A stretch of 64,000 nucleotides of DNA from a virus, in the IMG/VR virus record IMGVR_UViG_3300033142_000925, positions 1 through 64,000 of that record. One strand, 5' to 3'. The notes beneath the pieces were generated by a model. The model had not been told where the DNA came from. It did not search any database and worked only from the letters and a program-made list of their open reading frames with translations. Positions 1 through 9,466 of the stretch are shown piece by piece (within the stretch, counting starts at the first letter, position 1; each line of letters opens with the position of its first letter). Position numbers and translations under genes: made by a program.

Positions 1-59
1 GTAAGGATAGGAAGCTGCCGTATCTTCCTACTTAAAGGTTACCATGGAACCGGTCAGGG

Positions 60-671
60 TCAAACCCCGTAAATGATCCGGTAAGGTTCAACATTGGATT
101 GAAGCTCAGTCTTGTCCATACGCCGATTGAATCCACCCTTACCATCTGCGAACCGTGCGCCCCACGAGTCGTTGAATATTAGAAGTCCGCCATCCTCACT
201 GGTGTACGCCACGACCGCAAGATAGTGACCCGGATCAGTCAAGCATATCTGGACCGCTCTACCCCGGTCTATTTCTTTAATAATGTGATCCCAGCTTGCA
301 CCCCATTCGAATCGCGCTCCGACCCCGAAAACATCCCGCACAGCAACCGGATAGTATTGAGGCACCCGATTCTCCGGGATAGTCGCCCCACCAGTTCCAA
401 GGTCCCTAACGGACTTTAGCTTGTCAGCATTACGCGGATCGTTGAAATAATCCATCAGGACCTCTTCAGGTTGGGGCAAGAACGCGCCCGGACATTTGAT
501 CACAACATTCTTTCCCATAGCTGCCAGACAATTCACCGCAGCCGTCGGTCCGCAAGATTCCAGCCAACTACCCCGATCATTCAGCGTTGCTTTGTTGTAC
601 GCTTCAGTCGGATTGTTCTCTTGAGAATAGTAGGCTTCCTTCGAATCCCATTTCCTTGTTCCACTAAACAT
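60..671 (-). CDS. Papain-like cysteine peptidase (C39-like), possible endolysin or virion peptidase
   Basis: SCGPTAAVNCL (catalytic Cys), PGHYLAVVAY (His) and IFNDSWG (Asp/Asn) motifs in the C39-like order. Confidence 0.7.
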   Translation of the reverse strand: MFSGTRKWDSKEAYYSQENNPTEAYNKATLNDRGSWLESCGPTAAVNCLAAMGKNVVIKCPGAFLPQPEEVLMDYFNDPRNADKLKSVRDLGTGGATIPENRVPQYYPVAVRDVFGVGARFEWGASWDHIIKEIDRGRAVQICLTDPGHYLAVVAYTSEDGGLLIFNDSWGARFADGKGGFNRRMDKTELQSNVEPYRIIYGV

Positions 672-1042
672 TAGCTATACCTCCCCGTATACATATGCAT
701 CGACGACCGCATCATGGTCGCCAGCCGTTCCTCTTCTAACATTATACCCCATAACTGTTCCCACGGCGGAGACTCTACCCAATGCAATCGCCACGCGGCC
801 ATAGGCCCCCCGATCTTATTGTCGTCAGTCGTCCACTTGTGGATATCCTCATCGTGTTCAGCCTGACTCTTGATCGCCAGTATCAGATTGACCATGGCTT
901 CCTTTCTGGTCTGTCTCTGAGGGGGTGAAAACTCGACGTTGTATTCCTCGTTCAACCGAGTGACACACATGCGGCATATAGGAGAGTCGCCGGAGAATTG
1001 GTGATCTTCCAGTATTCCTTCGCATGTGATACATCGTCGCAT
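671..1042 (-). CDS. Hypothetical protein with N-terminal CxxC...CxxC Zn finger
   Basis: CITC...CRMC; ATG at 1042 overlaps the terminase stop (TAATG) with GGGGG upstream. Confidence 0.6.
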   Translation of the reverse strand: MRRCITCEGILEDHQFSGDSPICRMCVTRLNEEYNVEFSPPQRQTRKEAMVNLILAIKSQAEHDEDIHKWTTDDNKIGGPMAAWRLHWVESPPWEQLWGIMLEEERLATMMRSSMHMYTGRYS

Positions 1043-3063
1043 TAACCCCCCTTGATCCACTGTCCAGCGATCCGGGACTGCTTGAACCGGTGCGTCAACA
1101 GGATACGGGTAACATCCCCCACATCTTCACCCGACGCCTGTGCTGCAAGATCCGCATCCACATACTTCTGGGATTTGAACATGAAATCGATAGTATCTTT
1201 GATCTTCTGATCATCAACTACCGGCTTCGGAGGCTCCGGCCTGTTCTGCTTCTGGATATTGATCAACGTGACTTCAGGTGTGAGTCTCTGAAGGTCCGCA
1301 ATCTTTTGTCGCTCTTCTTCCGACAGATTTCCCCCGACAACACTCCGCTTGTCTTGATGACTCGTCAGTGCGTCCGCTTCCTGATCGAAAAACTCAAATA
1401 CATTGTGATCTGGCATAACCATCCCCGCTTGTCTGCAATATGCTTCCGCAAAGAAAAAGTGATCGGGTTTCGATCCTTCCTTCCATACAAATCGACTCTT
1501 CTCAGGATGATCTTCATTGGCTTCCAGTATTCGAGTCGATGCCAACAAATGGTCGTAATAAACACCCTCTTCAAGGAACTCAGCATTCAACGGGTTGATC
1601 AGGTGTTGAAGTTCCACATCCTGCCGTACGTAATCCAGAATGGCCGTACGGTTCATGCTCAGTTCTTTTTTGACGTCATTCTTAGTCAGGTTCGTCGTGC
1701 TTTCCTGAAACCGGCTTGACCAGACATTCGAAAAGTCCGCCTTGATCTCAAGCACCTTGTGAATCTCCGGCAGCGCATCAATCACAGTACAATCCGGTTT
1801 CCACTCCCGCATGATCTGTCCAAGCTGGGAGAATCCGGGGAGCGTCCACATCCCGATCAGTCGATGGGTCACACCTTCCTTACTTCGGACCCGCTCTCTC
1901 ATGACCACATGAAGATCAGCCCCGACATCCACACCCATAAATCGTTTCCGATTCCGTGCTACACGTGTAGGCGGATACGGATAGTTCCGTCGGCAGTCAT
2001 TCAGCATTGTACGTGTGATCCGGGCACCCTTGGAACTGAACGGTAGACCAAGATCAGAATTGAAGAATATCTGAGTCTTCAGATCATTGCCAATCGACTT
2101 ATTCCATTTCGAGTACAGATCCCGGAGCGTAGCCTTCGGTGACAACTGGGCAACCAGTTTACTGACCCTAAAACCCTTCCATTTTCGAAAGGGATGGGCA
2201 TGATCCCAACGTCCCGGACCTAAACGGTCAATCGGGCAGCCGCAATCATGAATTAGCCTAATCTCATCCTCACAGATCGGATTAGGGTCCGCATCGGTAT
2301 CACGCGGCTTGAACACATTAGATGAGGTCTCTCGAACCACGTGCTTGAAAAAGTCAGGTGTGAACCACGTATTACACCGTGGGCAAAGCAATTTCCACTC
2401 GCCCATGGAACTTTCACCGTATCGTTCATCTATTCCAAACCCTTCCACAGTCGGGTTGCTGATCTCTCGTTCAAACTGATAAGGACTTGCCGTGAGCCTG
2501 TCCGGGAGCATCAACAGATTGCCCAGATTGCACCGGTCTTTCTCATCGATGAACGCGCTATCAATAGGTATCTCAATAAACTCATCCTGTACGTTCGAAC
2601 CAACATACGCCAGCGTGCCCTCTCCAAAGTGCATAAGTGATGTCCTATGGACCTTCGTATCCGCCAGCGCAACCATGTGCCGATAATGATCGACACGGCG
2701 ATGCAGCTTGTAGATTCGGTTGTTTACAAACCGGTTTCGCAGTTCATACTTGGGAAGCACATACATAACCGACATACCGCGCTCTGCCGCTTCAAGATGT
2801 GACTGAATGATGAATAGCTCAGATAACCCACACTGAACCGACTTCTCGACGCACATATACGGAATGTCATCAATGAACCTGTACAGGTCCCATAAATAGT
2901 TGGCCCCGTTGTTCAGGGCGAAGTCCATGAACTCCCCTCGAATGTTCCGATGATATTTAAGCGCCCAGTACAAAGGTCGAATGTCCTTAAATATCTCATA
3001 CCGTAGGGTTTCTTCCATATCAGTACTTTCATTCAAAACATCAGCTTTCGTCATTAGATTCAA
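1042..3063 (-). CDS. terL: Terminase large subunit (lambda gpA-like family)
   Basis: KSVQCGLSE Walker A variant, FIDEKD Walker B, ISNPT motif, CPRC Zn site, FFNSDLGLPF, nuclease motif MGVDVG...KPDHFFFA. Confidence 0.9.
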   Translation of the reverse strand: MNLMTKADVLNESTDMEETLRYEIFKDIRPLYWALKYHRNIRGEFMDFALNNGANYLWDLYRFIDDIPYMCVEKSVQCGLSELFIIQSHLEAAERGMSVMYVLPKYELRNRFVNNRIYKLHRRVDHYRHMVALADTKVHRTSLMHFGEGTLAYVGSNVQDEFIEIPIDSAFIDEKDRCNLGNLLMLPDRLTASPYQFEREISNPTVEGFGIDERYGESSMGEWKLLCPRCNTWFTPDFFKHVVRETSSNVFKPRDTDADPNPICEDEIRLIHDCGCPIDRLGPGRWDHAHPFRKWKGFRVSKLVAQLSPKATLRDLYSKWNKSIGNDLKTQIFFNSDLGLPFSSKGARITRTMLNDCRRNYPYPPTRVARNRKRFMGVDVGADLHVVMRERVRSKEGVTHRLIGMWTLPGFSQLGQIMREWKPDCTVIDALPEIHKVLEIKADFSNVWSSRFQESTTNLTKNDVKKELSMNRTAILDYVRQDVELQHLINPLNAEFLEEGVYYDHLLASTRILEANEDHPEKSRFVWKEGSKPDHFFFAEAYCRQAGMVMPDHNVFEFFDQEADALTSHQDKRSVVGGNLSEEERQKIADLQRLTPEVTLINIQKQNRPEPPKPVVDDQKIKDTIDFMFKSQKYVDADLAAQASGEDVGDVTRILLTHRFKQSRIAGQWIKGG

Positions 3064-3751
3064 CCTTTACAAACTCAGCATCCATAGCCGCTTTCCTCGC
3101 ATCCAACATTGTCAACCTATCCAACCGCTTCTGTAACTCCTGCAATTGCTTCGGAGAAGGTGACCGATCCTGACCCTGTGCATAGGGACTCTGGCCATTT
3201 GAAGGCTCACCGCTGCCCACATAAATCGACTGATTGAACACACCTTTCTCCCGACCACCCAGTGCTTCAGGAGAATGTAGAATGTTGTAGCTGAACTCAA
3301 GTATCCGGGCGACCGCTCCGGCATTGTCACCAGTGATCTTGATACTCATAAACTCATGGAGTCGCTTCCAGACCATATTCTCAAGCGCCGACCGTCGAGC
3401 CATAGTATAGAACCGCTTTTCCAGACGCGCCAGTGCAACGTATGACTTCACGCCCGGATGTCTGAGCCATTTTTGGATCGTTATCACAGTCACATCGTAG
3501 GCTTTAGCCCACGCCGTGGCCTTCTTGTATTCAGTCGCATATCTATACGCAAAATCCCTCATCCGCTCAGGAATGAAGGGAAGATCATCCACATTAGGTA
3601 AATTATCCACATCTACAAACTGTGAGAAGGTAGATTCAAGCGGAGCGCGAGCTATCGCGGTCGGGTTGTTATCGTCTATCACAATCTCACGGACCTTGCT
3701 GACATGCAGACCGACTCTCGCATGGAGAGCCTTAATCTCAGAACTTGCCAT
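3041..3751 (-). CDS. Putative terminase small subunit (HTH)
   Basis: Directly upstream of and overlapping terL; HTH-like WAKAYDVTVITIQKWLRHP followed by helical region. Confidence 0.6.
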   Translation of the reverse strand: MASSEIKALHARVGLHVSKVREIVIDDNNPTAIARAPLESTFSQFVDVDNLPNVDDLPFIPERMRDFAYRYATEYKKATAWAKAYDVTVITIQKWLRHPGVKSYVALARLEKRFYTMARRSALENMVWKRLHEFMSIKITGDNAGAVARILEFSYNILHSPEALGGREKGVFNQSIYVGSGEPSNGQSPYAQGQDRSPSPKQLQELQKRLDRLTMLDARKAAMDAEFVKVESNDES

Positions 3752-4151
3752 AGGGCATTATCCTCATAGCCATCAATACCGTAGCAGCTTGCTCCGCATC
3801 GAGGTAAACAAACTGACGACGGCCATCAATCGTCACTTCCACCATCGTTTTTGTTACCACGTTTCCGTTCGAGTCCACCAACAGGTTTGGGGTGTTCATC
3901 GTTCCCTCCCCCTTGATCGTCGGCACTCCCCCCGTCTCTATCACCAATTCCCCCGTCAGTGAGTAGGTCTTCGTCACCTTCTTGGGCGGTGGCTTCTTCG
4001 CGGCTGTCGTCTTCTTCGATTGCGAGGATGAGTTCGTCGACACTTTCGGTTCTGGTTTCTTCGCCCCGGTAGGCTTTGCTGCGGTCGCCTTCTTTCGAGA
4101 CTGAGTAGTCGCGGAGGCTGGCTTCTTGGACTTCGTTGTTTTTTCCTTCAT
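3738..4151 (-). CDS. Hypothetical protein with Lys-rich N-terminus
   Basis: ATG preceded by GGAGG; K/T/A-rich N-terminus then globular C-terminus; overlaps the next ORF in another frame. Confidence 0.55.
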   Translation of the reverse strand: MKEKTTKSKKPASATTQSRKKATAAKPTGAKKPEPKVSTNSSSQSKKTTAAKKPPPKKVTKTYSLTGELVIETGGVPTIKGEGTMNTPNLLVDSNGNVVTKTMVEVTIDGRRQFVYLDAEQAATVLMAMRIMPYGKF

Positions 4152-4395
4152 TGTTCATCCTCCATAGAATCCATCGCTTCAACCGGTAGGCTCGGAGGCT
4201 CACACCCTCTCGCCATCCACAGTCGTTTTTTAGATTTCTTTTTTCGGCAGGCACTCTCCCGCGCACATCGATCCGGCTGCGCAGTGGACCATCCACAAAC
4301 TCAGCCGTAGCAACACACTGCGGAGGTGTTCCGGGCAGCAACAGCAGGTAAGCACAGCCGGAACAATACACTTTCGATCTCTTCATTCGTCTCAT
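3826..4395 (-). CDS. Hypothetical protein (Cys-containing N-terminal domain, acidic tail)
   Basis: YCSGC...QC...NDC motif; ATGA overlap with upstream gene; C-terminal half overlaps 3738..4151. Confidence 0.5.
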   Translation of the reverse strand: MRRMKRSKVYCSGCAYLLLLPGTPPQCVATAEFVDGPLRSRIDVRGRVPAEKRNLKNDCGWREGVSLRAYRLKRWILWRMNNEGKNNEVQEASLRDYSVSKEGDRSKAYRGEETRTESVDELILAIEEDDSREEATAQEGDEDLLTDGGIGDRDGGSADDQGGGNDEHPKPVGGLERKRGNKNDGGSDD

Positions 4396-4970
4396 AACAT
4401 CCCCCTATCCAGTATAGCATGGGCGCTCTCACGGTAGTCAGAACCGGACTCGCCTTCCAGAAACTCAGAAACTATGCCGACGTTGTAATGGAACGCGCGC
4501 ATCTGCTCACGATTCAAATCGTCGGAATACTCCCCCTGCAATGGAAGCCGTGCAAGTACACCCATCGACCGGGAAAACAAAGCGCCATACATCGCATACC
4601 GGTATGCAGTCTCACAAACTGCTGTCGTCAACCGGCTGTTCAAAAACGCTGGCATGGTCGTGGGATAAACTCCCAGTTCTGCCGGGTTCAATAAGCCATA
4701 CAACCAATTCTCTCTACTCGATGATATCTCACCAGTTTCCATCAACATATGGATCAAAGTCAGACGGCCCATGTACTCCTGAGACTCACCTATCAGGATC
4801 GGTTGATCCGAATCCTTCAACGCTTCCTCAGTATATTCAGCGTACGTATAGACTACCCGCACCGGCCCATTTGAATGTAATTCAACCGGTGTAGGATAAG
4901 CCATCGACCCGATCTTGCTCAGATTAAGACGCTTCCTCGGAGGGAGTTTCTTCAGGTATATCACTCTCAT
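4392..4970 (-). CDS. Hypothetical protein
   Basis: Start reassigned to ATG 4970 (MRVIYL) after a GGAGGGGGAGGGAG RBS; 192 aa. Confidence 0.55.
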   Translation of the reverse strand: MRVIYLKKLPPRKRLNLSKIGSMAYPTPVELHSNGPVRVVYTYAEYTEEALKDSDQPILIGESQEYMGRLTLIHMLMETGEISSSRENWLYGLLNPAELGVYPTTMPAFLNSRLTTAVCETAYRYAMYGALFSRSMGVLARLPLQGEYSDDLNREQMRAFHYNVGIVSEFLEGESGSDYRESAHAILDRGML

Positions 4971-5511
4971 CTCCCTCCCCCTCCTTCGGTTTGTCATCTT
5001 TTTTTGTTCTGGTAGAATTACCCGTACCTTTGCCCTTGCCTTTCGGCTTAGCAGGGGCTTTCGGCTTGACCTCTTCATGGAACACGAGAGTGGCCAGAGT
5101 GGTCATTTTCTCGAACTCTATAGCTCGGAAAGTGAAGACTGTGAAAGAAATAGGTTCTCCCACCACAACACTGGCGCTCATGAGGCCCATCACGTCCTTA
5201 GCGTCCTCAGATAGCTCCACGTGGGCTACAACGTCGTCAGGGAGCTTTTTGTCCAGTACAACGTTGGTATATATCCTATACGCGTTGTTTTGACGCATCA
5301 ACCACAGTTCACCCATGATATCAAACCGTCTCCCGGTCATAACCTGATTCCGATCTCCATCGAAGTACATCCGTACACTCGATCCTCTGTCGGGAGTCTT
5401 CAGAGTAGATGATCTCAAAATGATTCCGTTACCATTGTACTCTACTTTCCCAAACGCACCTGAGCCCACGGCTTCCAGATGTTTCTCAAACTTCTCTGCT
5501 TTTGCGATCAT
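4924..5511 (-). CDS. Degenerate dCTP deaminase/trimeric dUTPase-fold protein
   Basis: Pattern NGxxL...WxL...YxI...LPDDVVA...IEFEKMTTLATLVF follows the Dcd/dUTPase beta-fold; RSS and DxGYxG motifs absent; AGGAGG RBS. Confidence 0.5.
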   Translation of the reverse strand: MIAKAEKFEKHLEAVGSGAFGKVEYNGNGIILRSSTLKTPDRGSSVRMYFDGDRNQVMTGRRFDIMGELWLMRQNNAYRIYTNVVLDKKLPDDVVAHVELSEDAKDVMGLMSASVVVGEPISFTVFTFRAIEFEKMTTLATLVFHEEVKPKAPAKPKGKGKGTGNSTRTKKDDKPKEGEGDESDIPEETPSEEAS

Positions 5512-7936
5512 GTCGCCTCCTATTTTTCATCTTGACTGGCATAGCCTTAACAGGGGTTTCAAATGCTTCATGGAACGCGTCAACAACGCGTCTCTTCTCT
5601 GCTGGTACCGTATCAACCAGTCCACAATCATGGACCGTATGTACGATCTTGCTCTCAAACTTACCTTTCTTCAAGAGTCGTGCCAGCCTGATCAATCCAA
5701 TGTAAGTATAGTCTGCTGCGCTCGATTGAATAGGGGCATTCATCGCCTGACGTTCGGCTCTGCCCTGATCAAACCAGCTATCCGACAATCCCATCGGCAA
5801 CCGTCGTTTCCTATTGAACACGGATACCACATAGCCGTGCTTCCTGACGAACCGCTTCTGACTCTCCATCCACTTATAGATGTTCGGCAGCCGCTCAAAA
5901 TACAGGTTCATAAACGCCTGCGCCTCTTCTACCGTCACACCCAGTCCATGGGCCAGCCCAACAGCAGTGATTCCGTATACCAGACCGAAATTGATGGTCT
6001 TAGCCTTCCGCCGTTCCAACTTCGTCGGCTTGTAGCTGTCCGGTAGACCATAGATTGTCCGATAGGTCTGAGCATGAGGGTCAAGGCCCCGCGCAAACGC
6101 ATCAAGGAACGCCGTTTCCCCAGATACCGCCGCGATAGCTGCAAGCTCGGCACTCTTCAAGTCGGCTTCAATCAGATAATTCCCCGGCGTCGCTGTATAG
6201 ATTGACCTGATCAACTTGTCATGCGGTACATTCTGAAGACTCGGGCTCGAACAACTCGCTCTCCCGGTCACGGCCCCAGTCAGATTGTAATGGGCGTGTA
6301 TCCTACCGTCACTTTCCCATCGGAACTCAAGTGCCTGCCCGATATGAGTGTTGACCATTGTTTTCACATAGCTCAGGTCCGAAAGGTATTGAGCTATGTC
6401 AGATTTCGGCTGTGTAGCGATGAACTCGATACTCTCTTTGTCCGTGCTGTGACCTGTCTTCGTTTTCTTCAGCGGAGCGAATCCCATACGCTTGTACAAC
6501 ACCTGTTGAAGCTGTTGTGAACTTGCTATATTGAACTCTTGACCCGCGCACGTATAGATTGACTGCTCCAACCACTCAAGCGATGCTTCACAATGAGCCT
6601 TAACTACGTGGGCTCTTTCTTCGTCCACATAGATGCCCGCGTATTCGGCGTCACTCATCACCCGACGTACCGGCATACTCACTTTATTAAAAAGCGGCAG
6701 CAAATGATCCGCTTTCATCAGTTCTACAGTCTTTTCATATAGAATCCAAGTCGATACAGAATCCAGAGCGCCGTAATCAGACAGCATCTTATAGGGAATC
6801 TTCGCGTAGTCGGCCTTGATCTTGTTTTCGTATTTGTATTTTTCCAGTGGGATGTCGTACCCACCGAAATCAGTGTGTATCCAAGTCAGGTCTTTCAATC
6901 GTTTTGTGAAGTTCTCATCGACCAAGTGGGCCGATATCATCGTGTCAAAGTACTTGTCATAGATCGGGATACCGTTGAACCGCATCACCCGGACCTCATA
7001 AGCACCGTTATGCATGAGCTTTGTCAGCTTCGTATTCCCCAGCATCCCGCGCATCGTCCAATTGAGCCCTTTATTCTTCTCGACCAGAGACCATGGGATA
7101 TAATAGCCGTGAGTACCAGAATTGGCAAACGAACAGCCAATAATATGGGGCTTGGCAGGTTCCTCGTCATTCACACCCGTCTCGATATCGTATGCGAATA
7201 TTTCAGAGGCTACCATCTTCTTGATGACTCTACCCGCCTGTTCTGCGGTTTTCACAACCGTCGTCACGATGTCCGACGCCACATACCGATCTTCCTTACT
7301 CAGTTCCCACGCCCGCATCAGGTCCTTGATCACAAGTTCGGTGCTGAACACTGACTGCTTTCGCTCATTCCGCATACAGTACGATGGGTGAAAGGTAGGG
7401 ATGAACCAGCAGTCGAACTCCCTGAGCCATATCTGCTTACCCTGCCATGTCGTAATCCCGCCGACTACGGTCTCTGACTTCCGGGCGGTCCCCTCTTCCT
7501 GCGCACCCTTATAATAACGCTCAAGCATCGCAGCCAGAGGGACATTCCCCATACCTACGATGACTTTCGGTTTCACTCGCTTGATCTCGGCTTCCAGATA
7601 TCTTCGACACTTCCTGATTTCCAATGAAGACGGGTTCCGGTTCTTCGGAGGGTGACATCGGGTGGTGTTAGTAAATCGAACTTGGCTCTCTGGTATACTG
7701 GCAGGCACAAGCAAGTCATCCCTCAGATATTCCCCGGACTGACCCACAAATGGAAGATTCAATTCATCCTCAGTAGCTCCGGGAGCCTCCCCGATTATCA
7801 TCAGGGCGGCATTGTCAGGGCCGTCGCCCTCCATACACACATTCATAGAGTTGGCGCATAACTTAGGACACAGATCGCAATCTGGCCAGTACTCTACGCC
7901 AGATGGGATATCTGTTCTTTCAAGCTGTTTAGCCAT
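5486..7936 (-). CDS. Family A DNA polymerase with N-terminal family-4 uracil-DNA glycosylase domain and 3'-5' exonuclease (SPO1-type architecture)
   Basis: UDG: CxxC, GEAPG..ED..PFVGQSG, RCHPP, FHPSY; Exo: YDIETG, HNGAYE, YGALD; Pol: TGR..SPSLQN, ADLKSAEL, RRKAKTINFGLVYG, VHDC. Confidence 0.93.
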   Translation of the reverse strand: MAKQLERTDIPSGVEYWPDCDLCPKLCANSMNVCMEGDGPDNAALMIIGEAPGATEDELNLPFVGQSGEYLRDDLLVPASIPESQVRFTNTTRCHPPKNRNPSSLEIRKCRRYLEAEIKRVKPKVIVGMGNVPLAAMLERYYKGAQEEGTARKSETVVGGITTWQGKQIWLREFDCWFIPTFHPSYCMRNERKQSVFSTELVIKDLMRAWELSKEDRYVASDIVTTVVKTAEQAGRVIKKMVASEIFAYDIETGVNDEEPAKPHIIGCSFANSGTHGYYIPWSLVEKNKGLNWTMRGMLGNTKLTKLMHNGAYEVRVMRFNGIPIYDKYFDTMISAHLVDENFTKRLKDLTWIHTDFGGYDIPLEKYKYENKIKADYAKIPYKMLSDYGALDSVSTWILYEKTVELMKADHLLPLFNKVSMPVRRVMSDAEYAGIYVDEERAHVVKAHCEASLEWLEQSIYTCAGQEFNIASSQQLQQVLYKRMGFAPLKKTKTGHSTDKESIEFIATQPKSDIAQYLSDLSYVKTMVNTHIGQALEFRWESDGRIHAHYNLTGAVTGRASCSSPSLQNVPHDKLIRSIYTATPGNYLIEADLKSAELAAIAAVSGETAFLDAFARGLDPHAQTYRTIYGLPDSYKPTKLERRKAKTINFGLVYGITAVGLAHGLGVTVEEAQAFMNLYFERLPNIYKWMESQKRFVRKHGYVVSVFNRKRRLPMGLSDSWFDQGRAERQAMNAPIQSSAADYTYIGLIRLARLLKKGKFESKIVHTVHDCGLVDTVPAEKRRVVDAFHEAFETPVKAMPVKMKNRRRHDRKSREV

Positions 7937-8187
7937 ACTTCACCGAACCTCTTTGTTCCAACCTGTGCCATGACTGTCATCATAAGAAGTGACAGATCCT
8001 GATTTGCTTTCCAATTCAGATTTACCAACGGCTGCCCACGAGGAGTAGTCCCGGCGAAAGTCGCCGACAACATATTCCCGGCACTCATCAAGATGTTGGT
8101 CACCGCCTGCTGAACATCATTATCCGCAGCCATGTACACATCAATAATATCATCTCCGGGGATCACATCAATCTTTGGACTATCCAT
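7894..8187 (-). CDS. Hypothetical protein
   Basis: AGGAGG RBS, fills the gap between exonuclease and polymerase with overlaps on both sides. Confidence 0.6.
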   Translation of the reverse strand: MDSPKIDVIPGDDIIDVYMAADNDVQQAVTNILMSAGNMLSATFAGTTPRGQPLVNLNWKANQDLSLLMMTVMAQVGTKRFGEVWLNSLKEQISHLA

Positions 8188-9082
8188 TTTGGCCTCCTGT
8201 CAATCGATCATACAGATTACCCATTCCACTCTTCAGTAGAACATCACCGAACGCCTCCGCTTCATACGTCGGAGCCTTGAGCCATTCGAGTTCATCCACT
8301 GGCGGCGGATCGATCTTGATTAGTTCAAGATTTCGTTCAAGGACCCACTTATTAGCAATCGTTTTCTCCGCCCACTTCGGGTAACCGTGAATGATCATAC
8401 CATGAATCAGATCATTCTCTCCAAGCTCTCGGTCCGCAGCCAATATAGCCCCCAGTTTCTTAGGGAATCTCGGCACTCCCGACACATTGTCCGAAGGATC
8501 TCCGGTCAGGGCCTTGAACACCCACATCCGCTCCATAGGGATCGGTTCGCAGTTGAACTTCTTCGTAAACTTGGACTGCAACTCTGTCTCAGTCAGAACC
8601 GCATTCTCATATAAGATATCACCATGATCCACAAGTGACCACCAATCCCAGTCAGTAGAAACAAACAGTTTCTTTCCTTCATCGCTCCACATCACTGTCC
8701 ACACCGTGTCATCAGCTTCATGCCGGTCCGCCAATACCTGATCAACCCCCATTGTGGGGAGGCTTTCTTTCACGAGACCAATAGCATCGTGAAAGGCTTT
8801 CCGGGACGATGAAGGCTCCAACGCTCTGTCTTTCTTCCGTTGCGCTTTGTAGATCGGATGTTTTTCCTTTCTCCAATTGTTCCGGCCCTCCCAGATAAAT
8901 ACTATCCGTAAGGCTGGGTTTTTCTTTCTCCACTCGATTATCAACCGGGCCACACCCATAAGCATTCCGGTCTTCCTTCCCTTATATTCCAGCATCGGCA
9001 TACCATAATGACTCCGGGACAACAGGTTCATAGCGTCCACATACATTATCTGGTACGGCTGAAAATCACTCAGATTCTTCAT
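8180..9082 (-). CDS. 5'-3' exonuclease / flap endonuclease (Pol I N-terminal type)
   Basis: YVDAMNL, YKAQR, EADD, STDWD, LTGDPSDNVSGVP motifs. Confidence 0.9.
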   Translation of the reverse strand: MKNLSDFQPYQIMYVDAMNLLSRSHYGMPMLEYKGRKTGMLMGVARLIIEWRKKNPALRIVFIWEGRNNWRKEKHPIYKAQRKKDRALEPSSSRKAFHDAIGLVKESLPTMGVDQVLADRHEADDTVWTVMWSDEGKKLFVSTDWDWWSLVDHGDILYENAVLTETELQSKFTKKFNCEPIPMERMWVFKALTGDPSDNVSGVPRFPKKLGAILAADRELGENDLIHGMIIHGYPKWAEKTIANKWVLERNLELIKIDPPPVDELEWLKAPTYEAEAFGDVLLKSGMGNLYDRLTGGQNG

Positions 9083-9233
9083 CAGATTCCTCCACTGCCA
9101 CCTCTATATGATTACAATTAGAACAGACTACTCTAACGCTGCCATCAGCCAATTCCCACCTGTCTGAAGGAGGGAACTCAATATCATTGATCTTACGTCC
9201 ACAAGCATTACAAGTTACTTCCTTTAATCCCAC
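9066..9233 (-). CDS. 55-aa Zn-finger protein (below the ORF-track length cut-off)
   Basis: Manual translation from GTG 9233: MGLKEVTCNACGRKINDIEFPPSDRWELADGSVRVVCSNCNHIEVAVEESDEESE; fills the gap exactly and overlaps both neighbours. Confidence 0.7.
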   Translation of the reverse strand: MGLKEVTCNACGRKINDIEFPPSDRWELADGSVRVVCSNCNHIEVAVEESDEESE

Positions 9234-9466
9234 GCAGCCTGCCTGCCTTCAGCAACAACCAACTCGATCTGTTCTAACTTATTAAGCTGGTTATCAGATA
9301 AACCATGACCCTCACTACGCAGCCAATTCTCGATAGATTCGAGAAAGTCATCCTCCCAGTTGTTCAAGTCCTCATTGTTGTTTTGGCAATTACTTATCCG
9401 GTCGAGTAGTGCCTCGACCTTCTCCAATCTGCTAAACTCCTTATCCAGTCTGTCCAATCTGCTCAT
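9224..9466 (-). CDS. Hypothetical protein
   Basis: ATGA overlap with upstream gene; LNNWEDDFLESI...LSDNQLNKL small helical phage protein. Confidence 0.6.
   Translation of the reverse strand: MSRLDRLDKEFSRLEKVEALLDRISNCQNNNEDLNNWEDDFLESIENWLRSEGHGLSDNQLNKLEQIELVVAEGRQAAWD

Noticed and set aside
7-52. Hairpins TAGGAAG/CTTCCTA and GGTTACCATGGAACC after the peptidase gene
   Set aside because: Cut by the window edge and lacking a U-tract; cannot be assigned as terminator or ncRNA
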